From the human T2T-CHM13v2.0 reference genome, Homo sapiens, in contig CP086569.2 of assembly GCA_009914755.4 (NCBI GenBank), forward strand, positions 2,528,001-2,592,000: DNA of 64,000 nt. Reading direction: 5' to 3'. Under the pieces are notes generated by a model that worked only from the letters and a program-made list of their open reading frames with translations, was not told the origin of the DNA and did not search any database. The translations under genes were made by a program, and so were the position numbers. This document shows, one piece after another, positions 1-15,014 of the stretch (position 1 is its first letter; every line of letters begins with the position of its first letter).

Positions 1-2667
1 AGTAGAGCTGGAGAGATTGAAAATGCCCACTAGTAGCCCTAGGTTGGTTAAAGTAACACTGCATTAGTAAGTGGTCACTGGATTGGTACTGATGATTGGA
101 TAGCACATTTTAAAGGTAAAGTGCAAGTTACTCTTTTAAATGAGGATGGAAGAGTGAAGTTGACAGATTGTTTTTAAGTCTGGCTCCACTGGTTGCAGAA
201 TGTATACTGAGTGGTGTAATCTTTCTTATGGTTTGGTCCCAGGGCTTCGGGAGGTATAAGGGGAAAATGTGTTTTCTCTGTCTGCTTACTCAGCACCTCT
301 AGCCTTACTTACCGTAGACTCAAACAAACCTGGAATCTTAGCCCACTGCTTTGGTGCTTATGGACTATAGCTTCGTACTTTTCCACTTTAGATTAGAGGG
401 CAAAGAGAAGAATGGGCTTTGATAGGCATATTATACCCCATCCACATGTATTCACCCTGAGGTTGGGCAGGTTAGTATCCCTCTGTGCCCTTGTTATATC
501 ATTTATTGTCTGAGGCAGTTCTGCTTGGCTGCTTAGTGAACCTCCTTTCAGTACCCTGGACACTCTGTGTCTGTGTCCATATTCTCCCTCTGCCTCATCT
601 CACGTAAGTATTTTGCCTACTGTAGCACCACAGCTTGATGATTTTCTGTTCTGGTACATAACCTTATCTGCTGAATTTGGTTGCATATTGGATCTGTCTT
701 CTCTTATGGGGATGTTTATACCTGATTGGAAGGAATGTGCCAAGTTGTATTCAGTGTCTTAATGACAGCACCCCCTACCCTGCCTCTGCACACATTCACA
801 TTACCTTCATTACACTTGTTTATGGATGGCCAAGTACTTACATCGCTGGGTGGTGGGGCCATTCCTATAGTCACCTTGGTTTGCACTGTGTTTGGTTTGC
901 TCTCCTTCTGCCACCATTCACTCCCTCCAAGTTCCATCCAAACTTTCAAAGGGCTTCTGTCCTGCTGTGCCTTACTATGACAGGCAGTAGAACAAAAGTT
1001 TTACACACTGTGGCCTTTTTGTTTGTATGCAAGCAGGTTTCTGATGTATTGTCCTTTAGGGCCAAGTTCTGGACCCAAAGGCATTCCTAAAGTTAATTTG
1101 GGGGTGGTACACACAGTGGCAGGGCAGCCGGAAAGGAGGATGTGGTTTTCCTTTTCCTTTTGGAAGAAAAGGGCTCAGTCAGCCTAATTGTCCCTTGAAG
1201 TGCTTCCAACTTTTCTTTTAAGAGCTTTAATTGGTATGTTTGCATGCAGCATCTGGGAGTTTCTTCAATTTCTACATTTATGTTTGACTTCTGAATTATA
1301 GTCTCTGAAGTTTTCAGTTGGTTGGTCCAGTAGGCAGTTCTGATCAGGGAACTTACGCAGCTTTCAATTCTTTGCTTAACTCACTGGCCAGGAAAGCTGG
1401 AAATGATCTTGAGTTTCTATTAGTAGTGGTGGTAAATATGAGGTGGTGGTGGCAAACAAACTGAACACTCATTGGAGAATGCCTGGAGGGGTGTGTCAAC
1501 TGTGAAGTTTTGATTTGAAGAGCGTGCTCTCATTAGATTGACTGCATAGGATCCAGGCCTTAACATGGATAAGTGGGCTTGGATATGCCAGGCTGATGAA
1601 TTCCAGATTTACCTTAACTGGGGAGTTAATGTGGCCTAAGTTCCACATGTGGAATAGGAGCCTTTGTCACCTTTTTGGACTGCTGGCTTATATTAAATGG
1701 CCTCACATCTCCATAGCACCTTGAATGGTGTTAAATCTATAGTAGCAGCAGAAATAATATTAGCTGACATTTACTGCTTTGCCAGGTCCTTTATGTTCCA
1801 TTATCTCATAAATTTATAAGATGTAGTAGTGTGCAATAATTATTCCCATCTTGCACCTCTGAAGCTTAAGGGGACAGTATTTCAACTTCGGCCTTTTTTA
1901 TAGGAGAATGAGCCAAGCTCTGGTTACTTTACTTACTGTGTCTCTTTCCACACCTCCTAGGCAGGTTAAAAGCAGTGATAAGAGAGAAGCTGGCAAACCT
2001 AGTTAGTCCTGAGAGCCCAAAGATACGGGAGAGAGGAAATGCAGCAGCTGATTAAAAAACAAAAAAGTGGCTCCTCGAGTTCATTTATTGTACAGTTTCT
2101 GGAGTATTTCTGTCATCTTTTCAGGGAGTTTTTCTGTCATCTGGCACTCTGTTTGTCCTTGTCATTTTCATATTTACCCAGAATTTGTCCTGAGACTTCA
2201 GAGGACTGTACTCAGTTTAAATGTGGAGTTTTTAATATCTTTTAACTTTTATAAGCTTTTTCTCCCAACAAAGCTGAAAGAAAACCCACTTTGTCACTTC
2301 TGAGCGGTGACAGTCCATGGGGAGCCTGTGGTATGTAGGATGGGCATTGGCAACCATAAATGGATTATGTTTGTTTGAGATTACATAGTGTACCATTTGA
2401 ATCTCCTGAAAATTGCTTCTGGAACAAAATGGGGCTTGGATAACTCTTGGGCTGATACATGTACTTGGTATGAGACATTTTGAACTCCTCCTGCTGATAG
2501 ATGTCACGAGCAACACCAGAGTGGTAAGTGTTAAACAAGGAATAAAGCAAGTAGTTAATGGGTTGTGCCATTTAAAAATGAGATGAGGAAGAGCAGCATT
2601 GTGTACAGAAAGCATGTAGCTGGCCGAGACAGCTGTTTTACCTAACCTGGTCATAAAAGCCTCATGA

Positions 2668-2961
<294 letters not shown>

Positions 2962-3431
2962 AAAAGCCACATGTTCTTAGCAGTTCTTAGTAGTGGTAGA
3001 GTTAAGTTTGTCTCTGGGGCTCTTTGTTACCACCGCTCCAGAGTTGCCCATTGAGGACTATCAATTGGAAATATGTCCCTGAGGAAAAAATGATATACCA
3101 GTTGATTGTGTGTTACCACTCAGATACACAGGCAACAGGCTTTTAGCCTGTGATAAAGGACCAGAGGTTAGTTCAGCTGAGCACTCTTCCAGCAGCCACC
3201 AGAGGGTTCTGAAACAGATTCCCCCTTGGCAAGGTTTCCCAAATGTCTAAATTACTAAATCAGTATGGGAGATCATCAGCTCTGTGACTGGTTAATATAG
3301 TTTTTCCCAAGAGCACTCCTTCTCTGACCGAGGAAATGCTGGAAATCGATGGGATAAGTAATGTCTGGGTGACTGCTTTAGGCTGGCTTTGTGTTTACAT
3401 ATTGAATTGATTTTCCTTGCTGTGTTTATAG

Positions 3432-3603
3432 TACAAGTTGTGCAAAGTGAGGAAGATTACTGTGGGAGTGAAGGGAATCCCTCACCTGGTGACTCATGAT
3501 GCTCGAACCATCCGCTACCCAGATCCTGTCATCAAGGTGAACGATACTGTGCAGATTGATTTAGGGACTGGCAAGATAATCAACTTTATCAAATTTGATA
3601 CAG
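3432..3603 (+). CDS. RPS4Y1: Ribosomal protein S4, Y-linked: internal coding exon (aa ~121-177: [57 protein letters not shown] + first nt of Gly)
   Basis: Acceptor tttatAG at 3430-3431 and donor GTaagt at 3604-3605. The translation matches RPS4 and carries the Y1-type residues ([22 protein letters not shown]), not the X-type or Y2-type ones, as I recall them. The phase-1 end joins in frame to the next exon (G|GC = Gly). Confidence 0.85.
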
Positions 3604-4969
3604 GTAAGTTTTTTTTTTCCCTTGTGTTGTCTGCCACCTCCCTCTTTGTCTTTTCTTTTTCTTTCTATTTTATTCTTCTGTTTTGTCTGTACACCCATTA
3701 TGATTAGAGAGAACTAAAACACATTTGGTTTTCTCTAAGAGCATATTGTGTCATGGTCTCTTGGGTTTGCAGTGGGTTCTTGATGTTGAGTAGAGGTGTG
3801 ATGTCCCTTTGGGCTATCTCCAGTAGCCCAGCCTCATTCAAGAATGTAAACCATAGCTATGTAAACTCTGTGTCCATTCTGTTTGTCAGAAGAGGGGAAC
3901 TTTGTTTTAAATGCGATAAAGTTTAGCTGTGTTCCTTGAGGTGAAGGGCTGAAGTTGTCCAGATAATCTTAAGCTAGTGATGAGAAAAAGATGTGTCTAC
4001 AGCTTTGTTTCTCCTCCCTACACCTCAGGCTCTGACTCCTGACAGGTTTATACCCAAGTGCTTGCTAATACCTGATCAGCTAAGGAAGTAAAATATTTTG
4101 CCTGACTTGTTTTAACAGAAATTTTTAGACATGCAGAAACACTGAAAGAATAGGTCAGGGACAACAAACAATGGCAACTCCTTTTGTGCCATTCTTCAGT
4201 GACTTTTTTTCTGTTGCTTTTTTTGATTTTGTTCTGTTGCTTATCTGCCCTCCCTGTTTACCTGCTTATGGCACCCCCGCAGTCCTCACTTGGACTCTGA
4301 TTTAAGACCTAGCCAAAGTCCTCAGTTGCCTTGGTGTTTGAACCTAGGCTGGCTGTCTTGAGTTGAGTACTCCACAGGCTAGGGTTGTCTGATTGTTTGA
4401 CCACTATGACCTTGTACCTGTGCTGCCTGCACTTCTGTTATTTACTGTTGACCTGAAAATTTTAGCCAAGAATGTTTGTTTCTTCGCTGTGAAAGTTGAG
4501 AGGGCTTCCCATTAGGGGAAAATATTGAGAGGGGATATTAAACAGGATGTGTCATGCTTGTGATACCTAAACCTGTTGTTTGATTTCAGTGTGACCACAG
4601 AGATAACCAGATATCATGCACCTCCTAGTAATAGCAGGAAGTAATAGCAGGAATACTTACATTCAGGAAGTATTCTTGTCAAAGAATGAAGACAAACTTG
4701 GGTAAAGGGACAAAGGAAAAAATGTATATATTGGAACACACTTAAGAAACATTTGCGGAGTTACTTAGATTTTCGAGTGGCTTGTGAGAATATTTCAGGT
4801 TCTAATGATTTGGTACTGGCCATTTGTTTCTAAGTGATCCAGCGCAGGACTGCATAGGTAAAGATGAATCAAAGCTGGCCAGGAGTTTAAAAATGTTACG
4901 AAGCTGGAGAGTGGGTAGGTAGGAGCATCTTATGCTTGTCTCTCAAACGTTTGCATACCTTTGAGAATA

Positions 4970-5268
<299 letters not shown>

Positions 5269-5439
5269 GAGAATAATTTTTAAAATGGATGTGGACTTCT
5301 TATCTCCAATGAAATGATATGTTGTATCTCATTTGTTTATTAAATCAAATTCCCAGTTAAAATTCAACAGATTTTTTTTTCTCCCCCACCTAACTTGTTT
5401 GTTTTTGTTTTGTTTTGTTTTTGGGGGAGTTTTGTTTCA

Positions 5440-5674
5440 TTTTGCTTTCAGACAGTCTTGCTCTGTTGACCAGGCTGGTGTGCAGTGGTACAGTCTCGGC
5501 TCACTGCAACCTCCGCTTCCTGGGTTCAAGTGATTCTACTGCCTCAGCCTCCCAAGTAGAGACAGGGTTTCACCATGTTGGTCAGGCTGGTTTCAAACTT
5601 CTGACCTCAGGTGATCCACCTGCATCGGCCTCCCACAGTGCTGGGATTACAGGTGTGAGCGACCGCCCTGGCCC
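5440..5674 (-). mobile_element. Alu SINE with internal deletion
   Basis: Alu right arm in reverse complement joined directly to the left arm, with the middle missing. Confidence 0.75.
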
Positions 5675-6259
5675 TAACTTTATTTGAAATATATATCCCT
5701 TTGTCTTACACAAACATGCTTGGTATTAATTTTTTTGCTTATTTGTTTATTACTTACTAGTTTACTTAGTTTAGTCCTGGGAGTGTACATAAAATAATCT
5801 CAGAATGACAAAGCCAATATTCCTAGTAACAAGAAACCCACTGAGTGAGGGCAAAGGTTTTTTTGTAGTTCTTGGTTTGTTTGGTTTTAAATGCTTAAAT
5901 AATTTTTAATTGTGGTTTCAAAAAAAAAAAGATACGTCAGAGATTTACCACCTTAACCATTTTTAAGTGTACAGTTCGTTAGTGTTGTTAACTATATTCA
6001 CATTCTTATGTGGCAGATCTCCAGAACTCTTTCATCTTGTTAAACTGAAACTATGTGCTTTAACCAACTTTGCCACTTTCTCCTTTCTACAACCTCTGAC
6101 AACCACCATACCACTCTGCTTCTGTGAATTTGACTCTTTTGGGTGGTGTCTTAATAAGTGGAATTGATAGTGTTTGTCCTTTTCGACTAGTTAACTTTGC
6201 TTGGCGTCATGTCCTCAGGGTTCATCCATGTTGTGGCATGTGAAAGTATTTCTTTCCTC

Positions 6260-6548
6260 TTTTTTTGAAAGAGTTTCACTCTTGTCGCCCAGGCTGGAGT
6301 GCAGTGACTTTATCTCCGCTCACTGCAACCTCCATCTCCTGGTTTCGAGTGATTCTCCTACCTCAGCCTCCTGAGTAGCTAAGATTTCTGGCACCCATCA
6401 CCACACTCAGCTGATTTTTGTATTTTTAGTAGAGATGGGGTTTCGCCATGTTGGCCAGGCTGGAGTCAAAACCCTTGACCTCAGGTGATCCACCCTCTTT
6501 GGCCTCCCAAAGTGCTGGGATTACAGGCGTGAGCCACCGCACTTGGCC
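6260..6548 (-). mobile_element. Alu SINE nested in the L1 3' end, TSD gtatttc(t)ttcctct
   Basis: Reverse-complement Alu, with the L1 3' UTR sequence continuing on both sides. Confidence 0.9.
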
Positions 6549-9500
6549 AGTATTTCCTTCCTCTTTCTAAGGCAGAGTAATACTCAGTTGGGTGTGTATA
6601 CCACATTTTGTTTATCCATTCCTCTGTGGATGGACATTTGGGTTGTCTCCACCTCTTGGCTACTGTGAGTAATGCTGCTGGGGACACAGCGGTGCAGACA
6701 ACTCTTCCAGATCCTGCTGGATGTTTTTGTATACACACTTAGAAGTGGCATTGCTGGATGAGATAGTTTTGAAATTTTTGAGAAACCATTGTGCGGTTTT
6801 TTTATAGCAGCCTTGCCATTTTACATTCTTACCAACAGTGTAGAAGAATTTCAGTTTCTTCACATTCCTTCCCACACTTTGCTGTTGTTTGCTTTTTATA
6901 TATTTTCTTTTTTTTTTTCTCGTGGCTATCCTGGTAGGTATGAGGTCATATCTCATTATTATTTTTTTAAATTTGGAGTTCTGTGATGAGTAGAGATGTT
7001 GAACATCTTTTTGAGTGTTTGTATGTCTTTGGAGAAAGGTTTTATTCATGTCCTTTGTCCAGTATTTAGCTAGGTTGTTTCTGGTATTGTGGAGTTGTAG
7101 GACATCTTTAGATAGTATCAGATGTAAGATTTGTGGATGTTTTTTCCCATTCCATAGGTTGCCTTTTCACCCTTACTGATTGTTTCTTTTGGTTGGCAGG
7201 CATTTTTAAATTTGTCAGGTTTTGCTTTTGGTGTCATGTCCAGGAAATTATATCTCTTATGTCATGAAGCTTGTGGTCTCTGTGTTTGTCTTTGGAGCTT
7301 TACAGTTCAAGGCCTTACGTTTAATCTGTTTAGAGCTGGTTTTTGTATATGGTGTAATGTAAGGTATTCTCATGTTGTTTCTTTACATGGGGACGTAGAT
7401 TTACCAGCACCACTTGTTGAAGTGACTGTCTTTTCTCCATTGAGAGGTCTGGGCACCCTTGTTGAAGATCATTTGGCCATATATGCTTGGGTTTATTTCT
7501 GGGCTCTATTTTCTTCCTTTGGTCTGTTTGCCTGTCTTTTATGCCAGTATCACACTGTTGAATTACTGTCATTTTGTATTTTGTTTTCAAATTAGGAAGT
7601 GTGTTATCCAAGTGAGTCAACCATGCTCAACTTCGGTTTTGTCAGTTTTTGTTAATCTGTTTTAAAATATCAACCCTTAGTTTTTTTTCTTTTTTCTTAC
7701 TGTTTTTTTCTTTTATGTCTGCTCTGGTCTTATTTAATTTTCTTCCTTCTGCCAACCTTGGGTTTATTCTGTTTTTCTAGTTCCTTGTAATGTAGTTAGG
7801 CTATTCATTTGAGGTCTTTCTTCTGTTGTAACATAAGCATTTTTGAGCTGCCTTGTCTTGTGTGACAATTTTTGACTTATAGTCTATTTTGTCTGACCCA
7901 AGTTTGGTCACCCCTGCTCTCTTTTGCTTACTATTTGCCTGGAACATCAACTTCAGCACTTCACTTTCAGCCTGTGTGTGTCGTTAAATCTGAAACCGGT
8001 CTTTTGTTAACAGCATATAGTTGTAACTTGACTGGTTGGTTGGCTGGTTTTATTCATTTAGCTAGTCTGTGTCCTTAGATTGGGGTGAGGAGTTAATCTG
8101 TTTTACAGTCAAAATAGTTGCTGTTAAGGAAGGCATTAGTTAGTATAGCTCTGTTGTTAATTATTTTCAGTATGTTCTGTAGCTATTTTATACCTATTTT
8201 TTCTCCCTTATTACCTGCCTTTTTGTGCTCTGCTGCTCTTTACTTTTTATAGTGACAAAAAATAAAAGAACACTTTGAATCCTTTCTGATTTTGTGTGTC
8301 TTCCATGGTTATTTTCTTTGTGGTTACCAAGGGGATTACATAAATTATCTTAAAGTGAAAACAGTCTGTTTTCAACTGTTACCTTCAGTTGCATCTCCAT
8401 ATCCCCTCAGACAAATTTTGTTATTGATGGCACACATGAATGTTTTTCTATTGTGTATCCTTTTACCATTGGTTTATGGTTATTGATGTGCTTTTGTGTT
8501 TTAAGTTCTATACCAGACTTAAAAGTGATTTATACACCTTTGTGATCTAGGATTCTCTATTTGTCTGTATATTTACCTTTATCAGAAAGCTTTATATTTT
8601 CTTTCTTTCTTTCTTTTTTTCATATGGTTTTGTGTCTGACATCCTTTTGTTTCATCCTGAAGTGCTTTTCTTCAGCATTTCTCGTAAGGCCAGCCTAGTG
8701 GCTTTTGCTTACCTTGGAAGGTCTTATTTTTTCTTTCATTTTGAAAGTTATGGTATTCTTGTGAGGACTAAACCCTGATGATTATCTTACCCAAATCCCT
8801 ATCTAAGGGATCTGGAGAGTTACGCCCTACAAATGAGCATGACTCATCATCAGATGGGTTTTATTTAACCCTATATTTCATGACTTACTTTCCAGTCTGA
8901 CTCTGGGATAACATTACGAGACAATGAAGAAAATAAAAATATTTTACCCCAAAACATGTTTGCCATATTTTGAAATGGACTTGCAAAGCTGCTCTTCGTG
9001 GGAGTGGAGGAGAAATCTGCATCTGTAAAGAATCTCTATTAAAATAGATAAATCTTTTTCTTCCAGACCCTCCCAATCCTAAAGAGATAAACTAAAATCT
9101 GAATAAGAAACATTGGTCATTTATTGTCTCTAAGGGCAACCACTTCCCTAAGACTTCAGAAGAACTTCAGTCTCCATCATCTTTTATCTTAACCTGAGCA
9201 TTCCCTTTCCCTTCTTACCAATCCCAGGCAAACTCAACCGTCAACCAGAAAATGTTTAAATTCACCAATAGACTGGACCTGATAACCCCCCAACCCTGCC
9301 CTTTCTTGACCAAACCAGTGTATTTCTTAAATGTATTTGATTGATGCCTCATGCCTCTCTAAAATGTATAAAACCAAGCTGTGCCCTGACCACCTTGGTT
9401 ACATGTTCTCAGGGCCTCCTCTTGAGGGTTGTGTCATGGGCCATGGTCGCTCATATTTGGCTCTTTTATAGTTAGACTCTTCGTTGTCACTTGGTTTAAG

Positions 9501-10439
9501 CACTTTGAATATGTCATCCCACTGTCTTCTGGATTGCAGAGTTATAGCTTATCTAGCAAGAGCTCCCTTGTAAATGATGAGTCACTTTTTACTTGCTGCT
9601 TCCAAGATTCTTTCTTTGTGACTCTTGAGAGTTTGATTATATTGTCTCTTGATGCTTTGGGCTTATCCTAGTTGGAGTTCAGCTTCTTGAATTTGTATGT
9701 CCATCTTCTTTCACACAACTGGGGAGTTTGGGCCATTATTCTCTTCTAGTAGGCTTTTTGCCCCTCCCTGTCTTTCCCCCAAATCCTGTTCTCATTTTCT
9801 CTGTTTCTGTCTTTTCTCCTTCTAGGACTCTTGTAGTTTGTATATTGTTCCTCTTGATGGTGTCTGCTACTCCCTCTCTTAGGCTCACCTTTATTTTTCT
9901 TTTTTCCTTTTTGCGCCTCTGACTTGTTAATTTCAGTGGCCTGTCTTCAAGTTTGCAGATTCTTTCTGGACCTGTGATTTTTAAATTCTGTTCAATTGTA
10001 TTCAGTTCCAGAGTTTGATCCTTTTTTGTGGGTTTCCTTTACATTGTTGATAATTCTCATGTTGTTTATGGGTTGTTTTTCTGATTTTGTTTGTAGCTGT
10101 TTCCTTAGTTTGATATGCATCTTTAAGATGGTTAGCTTGAATTTTTTGTCTGGTAACTCATACATCATCGTTTCTTTAGGCTTATTTTTCTAAAGAAAAA
10201 CAGCCATCTCTTCCAGTCTTCCCTATGTATCTTCATACAGGGAGTATGACCTTCACCAGTCAGCCAGGCTAGAGGTTTTGGGAATCTCATCTCAGGGCTT
10301 GCATGTGTACTTTCTTGGCTGTGCTTCTCTGAAGCCCCTAACCTCTTGCTTTGCCTGATGCCTGTCTGTGGTACTATGGCCTCTCTGCTGTTGTAACAAC
10401 TGTCTCATATACCCTGCTCCACCCCCATCCCTGTATGTC

Positions 10440-11048
10440 TTTTTTTTTTTTTTTTTTTTTTTTTGAGCTGGAGTTTCATTCTTGTTGCCTAGGCTGGACT
10501 GCAGTGGTGACATCTCTGCTCACTGCAACCTCTGCCTTTTGGATTGAAGCGATTTTCCTGCCTCATCCTCCGAGTAGCTGGGGTTACAGGCATGTGCCAC
10601 CATGCCCGGCTAATTTTGTACTTTTAGTAGAGACGGGATTTCTCCATGTTGGTCAGGCTGGTCTTGAACTCCCAACCTCAGGTGATCCTCCCACCTCAGC
10701 CTCCCAAAGTGATGGGATTACAGGCATAAGCCACAGTGCCTGGCAATTTTTGTAATTTTTCGTAGAGACAGGGTTGTCTCATCATGTTAGCCAGGCTAGT
10801 GTTGAATTCCTGACCTCAGGTGATCTGCCTGCCTTGGCCTCCAAAAATGCAAGGATTACTGGCATGAGCCACCGTGCCTGGCATTTTTTTTTTTTTTTTT
10901 CCAAGACAAGAGTCTTGCTTTGTCACCCAGGCTGGAGTGCAGTGGCATGATTTCGGCTCACGGCAACCCCTGTCTCTGAGGTTTAAGCATTCTCTTGCTT
11001 CAGCCTCCCAAGTAGCTGGGATTATAGGTGTGTGCCACCATGCCTAGC
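10440..11048 (-). mobile_element. Cluster of one full and two partial Alu copies nested in the L1 5' region
   Basis: Full Alu(-) at 10440-10744, a left-arm fragment at 10745-10882 and a poly-T + right-arm fragment at 10884-11048. L1 antisense sequence resumes after 11050. Confidence 0.8.
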
Positions 11049-11984
11049 TGTGATCCACTGCAGTAGAAAATTTTGTTTTCACATACTGCTTTGTCCATAA
11101 CCTTCCTCTCACTTCAGTTTTTGGGACTTGGATTTAAGTTGTATTAGAGCTTTTCACAGTAGACCTACTTGTCCAGTCTTCTCCATTTTTCATCCTTTTG
11201 TCTTTCCATGGTGCATCATGAGCAGTTACTTTCAGCACCTTCTATTTTTCTGATTCTCTCTTCAACTAACTATAGACATGTTTCATTAAACCCATTCCTT
11301 TCCATTCTTAATTTTGGTAACCGCATTTTTCATTATTTGTTTGATTTTCAAATCCGCTAGGTTACTCTGCAAAGGTGGGCTTCTTGTTGATTTACATTAG
11401 TTTTGTTATGTTTTGTGTTTTCTTTTATCCTTGTACACCCTTTTAAGGCAGTTCCAAGTTCTGCATTTGGTTTGTGCTATGTTGAGGGTGGTGGTCTTTA
11501 TCATGGTGTCTTAGTTCCTTCCATGCTAGACACTACATGTAAAGTACTGTTAGTAAGAATACTATGCGATCAAGATGATTCTGCCTTCCTTCTGTCTGGC
11601 ATCTGGGCTGTCTTAGCAGCGTGAGATCACCTTGATCAAGACTTGAGATTCCCTTGCTGGCTGTCCAGAGAGGGTGAATTTCAGATTTTAAGTTATTAGG
11701 AAGAAGGATTGTTTTGGGCTCAGGTGTTTGTGAGGGTTTTGCCTTTGGGGTCCAGCTAATTATGGGAAGCGTCTGCTGTTTTCACCTGGAGACTGAACCC
11801 GGAGCTTTGATTTCTATTCTATTGTCCCTGTGAGACCATCAAAAAGAAAGGAGTGTCCCACAACAAAAGTCAACATTAGTTTGCACTCAGTCTGTTTTCC
11901 TGGGAGTTGTCTGATAGACGTAAAGAATAGAGCTGACACATTCAAGAATTATAAAATAGTGATTCATGGGAAGGGTCTCCGCTT

Positions 11985-12065
11985 TCAACCTCCATTTACT
12001 AATGTGCCCGTAGTAGGCACCATTCTAAATGTCAGGGGCTTTTTACTGGAACTTAACACATCTTG
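11985..12065 (-). repeat. Possible MIR SINE fragment
   Basis: actaatgtgcccgtagtaggcaccattctaaatgtcagg resembles the reverse complement of the MIR core (gcgcttagaacagtgcctggcacatagtaagcgc). Confidence 0.3.
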
Positions 12066-13919
12066 AAAGAATCAATGTTTTCATCAATTTGTAGCCTTTC
12101 TTCACTTTTAGAAGCAGTGACAAACAAGTGAAGTGAAGGAACTATTATTAACAATTTGAATTTTACCATAATTAGCTCTGTTTTTTTCCCTATGCATACT
12201 AAGTCCATAGTGTTCCCACATGAGGGTTCTGGAGAATGAACTAAAAAAAAACTTGGTGCACCTTTTAATTGACATAAGCATTGCAAGGCATTTCTGCTAC
12301 TCTTGCCTAAGTACTGATTTTCTCTTAAAGGAGGCTCTGCAATTCAGTCTTGAGCAAAATAGTAAGTTTTCATTGACATTTCATCTTACCGCTTTTTCGG
12401 GATTATCTTCTGCTTACCAGCTAGCTCAAGCCCTGCATTTTGTTACTGAGCAGGTGCTTCTATCCAAACCTTCCTTAACTCCAAACCTAACTTAACTTTA
12501 ATGTAAAGTATAGTATAAGAAAGTTCTTTGTAACTGAGGTTGTTAGGGGCTGCTCGTTTACTGTCTTAGTAGTTGCCACAAGGACCCTAAAGGACTGGCC
12601 AAGTACACTGACTTAAGAAACAAAATCTTGGGCCTTTTATGTGATTTTGTTATCTTTCAGATACAGGTCTGTGGGTACTTTCTTGTGACTTTAGTGGGTA
12701 TCCATACCATCTTACACAAAATTACTTTCAAATCATTTCTCTAACTCTCCAGTACAGTTGCTAATGTTGAGGCAAAACCTTTGGTCCTTTTAATTCCTAT
12801 GGCTTCTCACCATGTCAAAACACATATAAGCAGCTGGCCTTGGGTTTCTGTTAAAAATCTGCATGTTGGATCAACCAATGTATTTGTGGTAGAAAGGGTC
12901 AAACTGCAGAAATCTGTTTGATCATTGTCAGACCAAGCAATTTTTACCTTAGAGATAATTGTAATTTTCTTGCATCCTAGAGCCTCATCTTTAAGATGCT
13001 CAGATTGAGTTGGGTTCTTCTGTTTCCCATCAGTTTTTGAGAGATCAATAAGTGTAATATGTTTGTGCCATTGATTCATAGGTTATAATTTCAAATTTAT
13101 CCTGGAGTTTTTTAGGCTAGGTTACTTGTTTGTGTTTTGTTTTGTTAGTATTAAGACAGGGCTTTATTCTCTGGCTTTGGTGGTGTGTCTTCTTTAAAAA
13201 AAGAGGATGTGTCCTTTTTCCTTTTTTTTTTAAATGTGTCTTCACATAAAAAAGAGGACTTGTGGCTGAGTCTTTATTAGCAGTGGTTTGAGGGAAAGTT
13301 TTTCTTAAAACATGTTTATTCTGTGATAGGTAGAACTTCCTTGACAAGGTAGCCTGTGTCCTAGATAGTATACTTATATTAGATGGTTATGTCCCGCAAA
13401 AATAACTCTAGATGTCTGAAACAAATGTATTCCTCCAGGGGTCCCCTGAGAGCCCTTAAAAGATTCCCCATTGAAAGACTGGATTAGCTAGCCATCCAGT
13501 TAAAGGCCTTTCTTTATTGTCTAGTGTCTTTCTCATAGCCTGAATTTCTCCAGTTCTCCCTCCCTCTCAGTCATCCTCCTTATCTCTCTACCCATCCACC
13601 CTACCCAGTGCTGTTCCATGCCATCTTTGTCAACCCCAAAATGATTATTCAACCTTTGAAGAATTATTGTTGGACAAACAATGCAGGGAAAGCTTATGAT
13701 TTGAAAAATCATCAGGGGCCTGCCTTTAAATGCTGACTGCAATCTAATTCACAAATAGCATTCGTTTACAGTGACAAGAGTTCTTGAAATTACAATTTTG
13801 GGATGATGCTCCATTTTTTTTTTTCCTGGTGAGCCCGTGTGTGTTAATTTGTTTTAAAGGCAACAGGCCCGTCTGGTTTTAAAATGACTCCTCTCCTGTT
13901 TATTTTCCTTTCCCTCTAG

Positions 13920-14077
13920 GCAATTTGTGTATGGTGATTGGTGGAGCCAACCTCGGTCGTGTTGGTGTGATCACCAACAGGGAAAGACATCCTGGTTCTT
14001 TTGATGTGGTGCATGTGAAGGATGCCAATGGCAACAGCTTTGCCACGAGGCTTTCCAACATTTTTGTCATTGGCAAT
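13920..14077 (+). CDS. RPS4Y1: Ribosomal protein S4, Y-linked: penultimate coding exon ([52 protein letters not shown])
   Basis: Polypyrimidine tract + AG acceptor at 13918-13919 and donor GTaaga at 14078. The frame continues from the previous exon and covers 52 codons identical to my recollection of RPS4Y1. Confidence 0.85.
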
Positions 14078-14597
14078 GTAAGACTTACACTCTCTTTACT
14101 TCTTTCTAAGAAGACTCATCCTAAAAAGCATAAAGACCTGCATCCACTACTGGTGTTTGTCTGTTTGTTCTTTTTCCAGTGTTAAGGTTCACAGAGTGCA
14201 GCAAGCTCTCTATTTAGAGCCTCTGAGAAGAAACAAGATTAGATCTAGAGCCTTACACCTGCCTCTTCAGGTGGTCTGTGTGAGATGCCAGCAGTGTCAT
14301 TCAGTAAATTAAGTTAAACTCAGCCTTGCAACTTTTGCAGGGCTACATCACTGGTATGGGCTGGATTAAGGTCACTGGCTCCAATCCTGGTAGTGCTGTG
14401 CCCCCTTAATTTTGTAAGTGAGTCTGCTAAACCCCTCTGAGACTCCATCTTACAGTTCATCAGTGAACATGGAGTTGATGGAGATTGATGCAAGGGGGCT
14501 ATGAGTGAGTTGCTAATTTGAGAATAAGGGCATTTACAAGGCACGTAACACTTGTTAGTTTACTTGTTCAAGATGATCTTGCTCTGGGATCTTTTGA

Positions 14598-15014
<417 letters not shown>

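Larger units (their letters stand above)
5937..11890 (-). mobile_element. LINE-1 element (old L1P/L1M-type), 3' end at 5937, ~5 kb of L1 sequence excluding nested Alus
   Basis: Colinear match to antisense L1. The 3' UTR motif (ccttaaccatttttaagtgtacag ... tcatccatgttgtggcatgtg ... ataccacattttgtttatccattc) is followed by antisense ORF2 (ccattgagaggtctgggcacccttgttgaagatcatttggccatat ... tatgccagtatcacactgttgaattactg) and antisense ORF1/5' region. No intact ORFs remain. Confidence 0.8.

Noticed and set aside
10351-10755. 134-aa ORF (and many similar 60-110 aa ORFs listed across the track, e.g. 2796-2990, 5415-5687, 19058-19270, 26772-27068, 31369-31593, 50113-50442, 53470-53731)
   Set aside because: These lie inside Alu elements. 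Their translations contain the recurrent Alu-derived peptides (e.g. [47 protein letters not shown]), so they are repeat artefacts.
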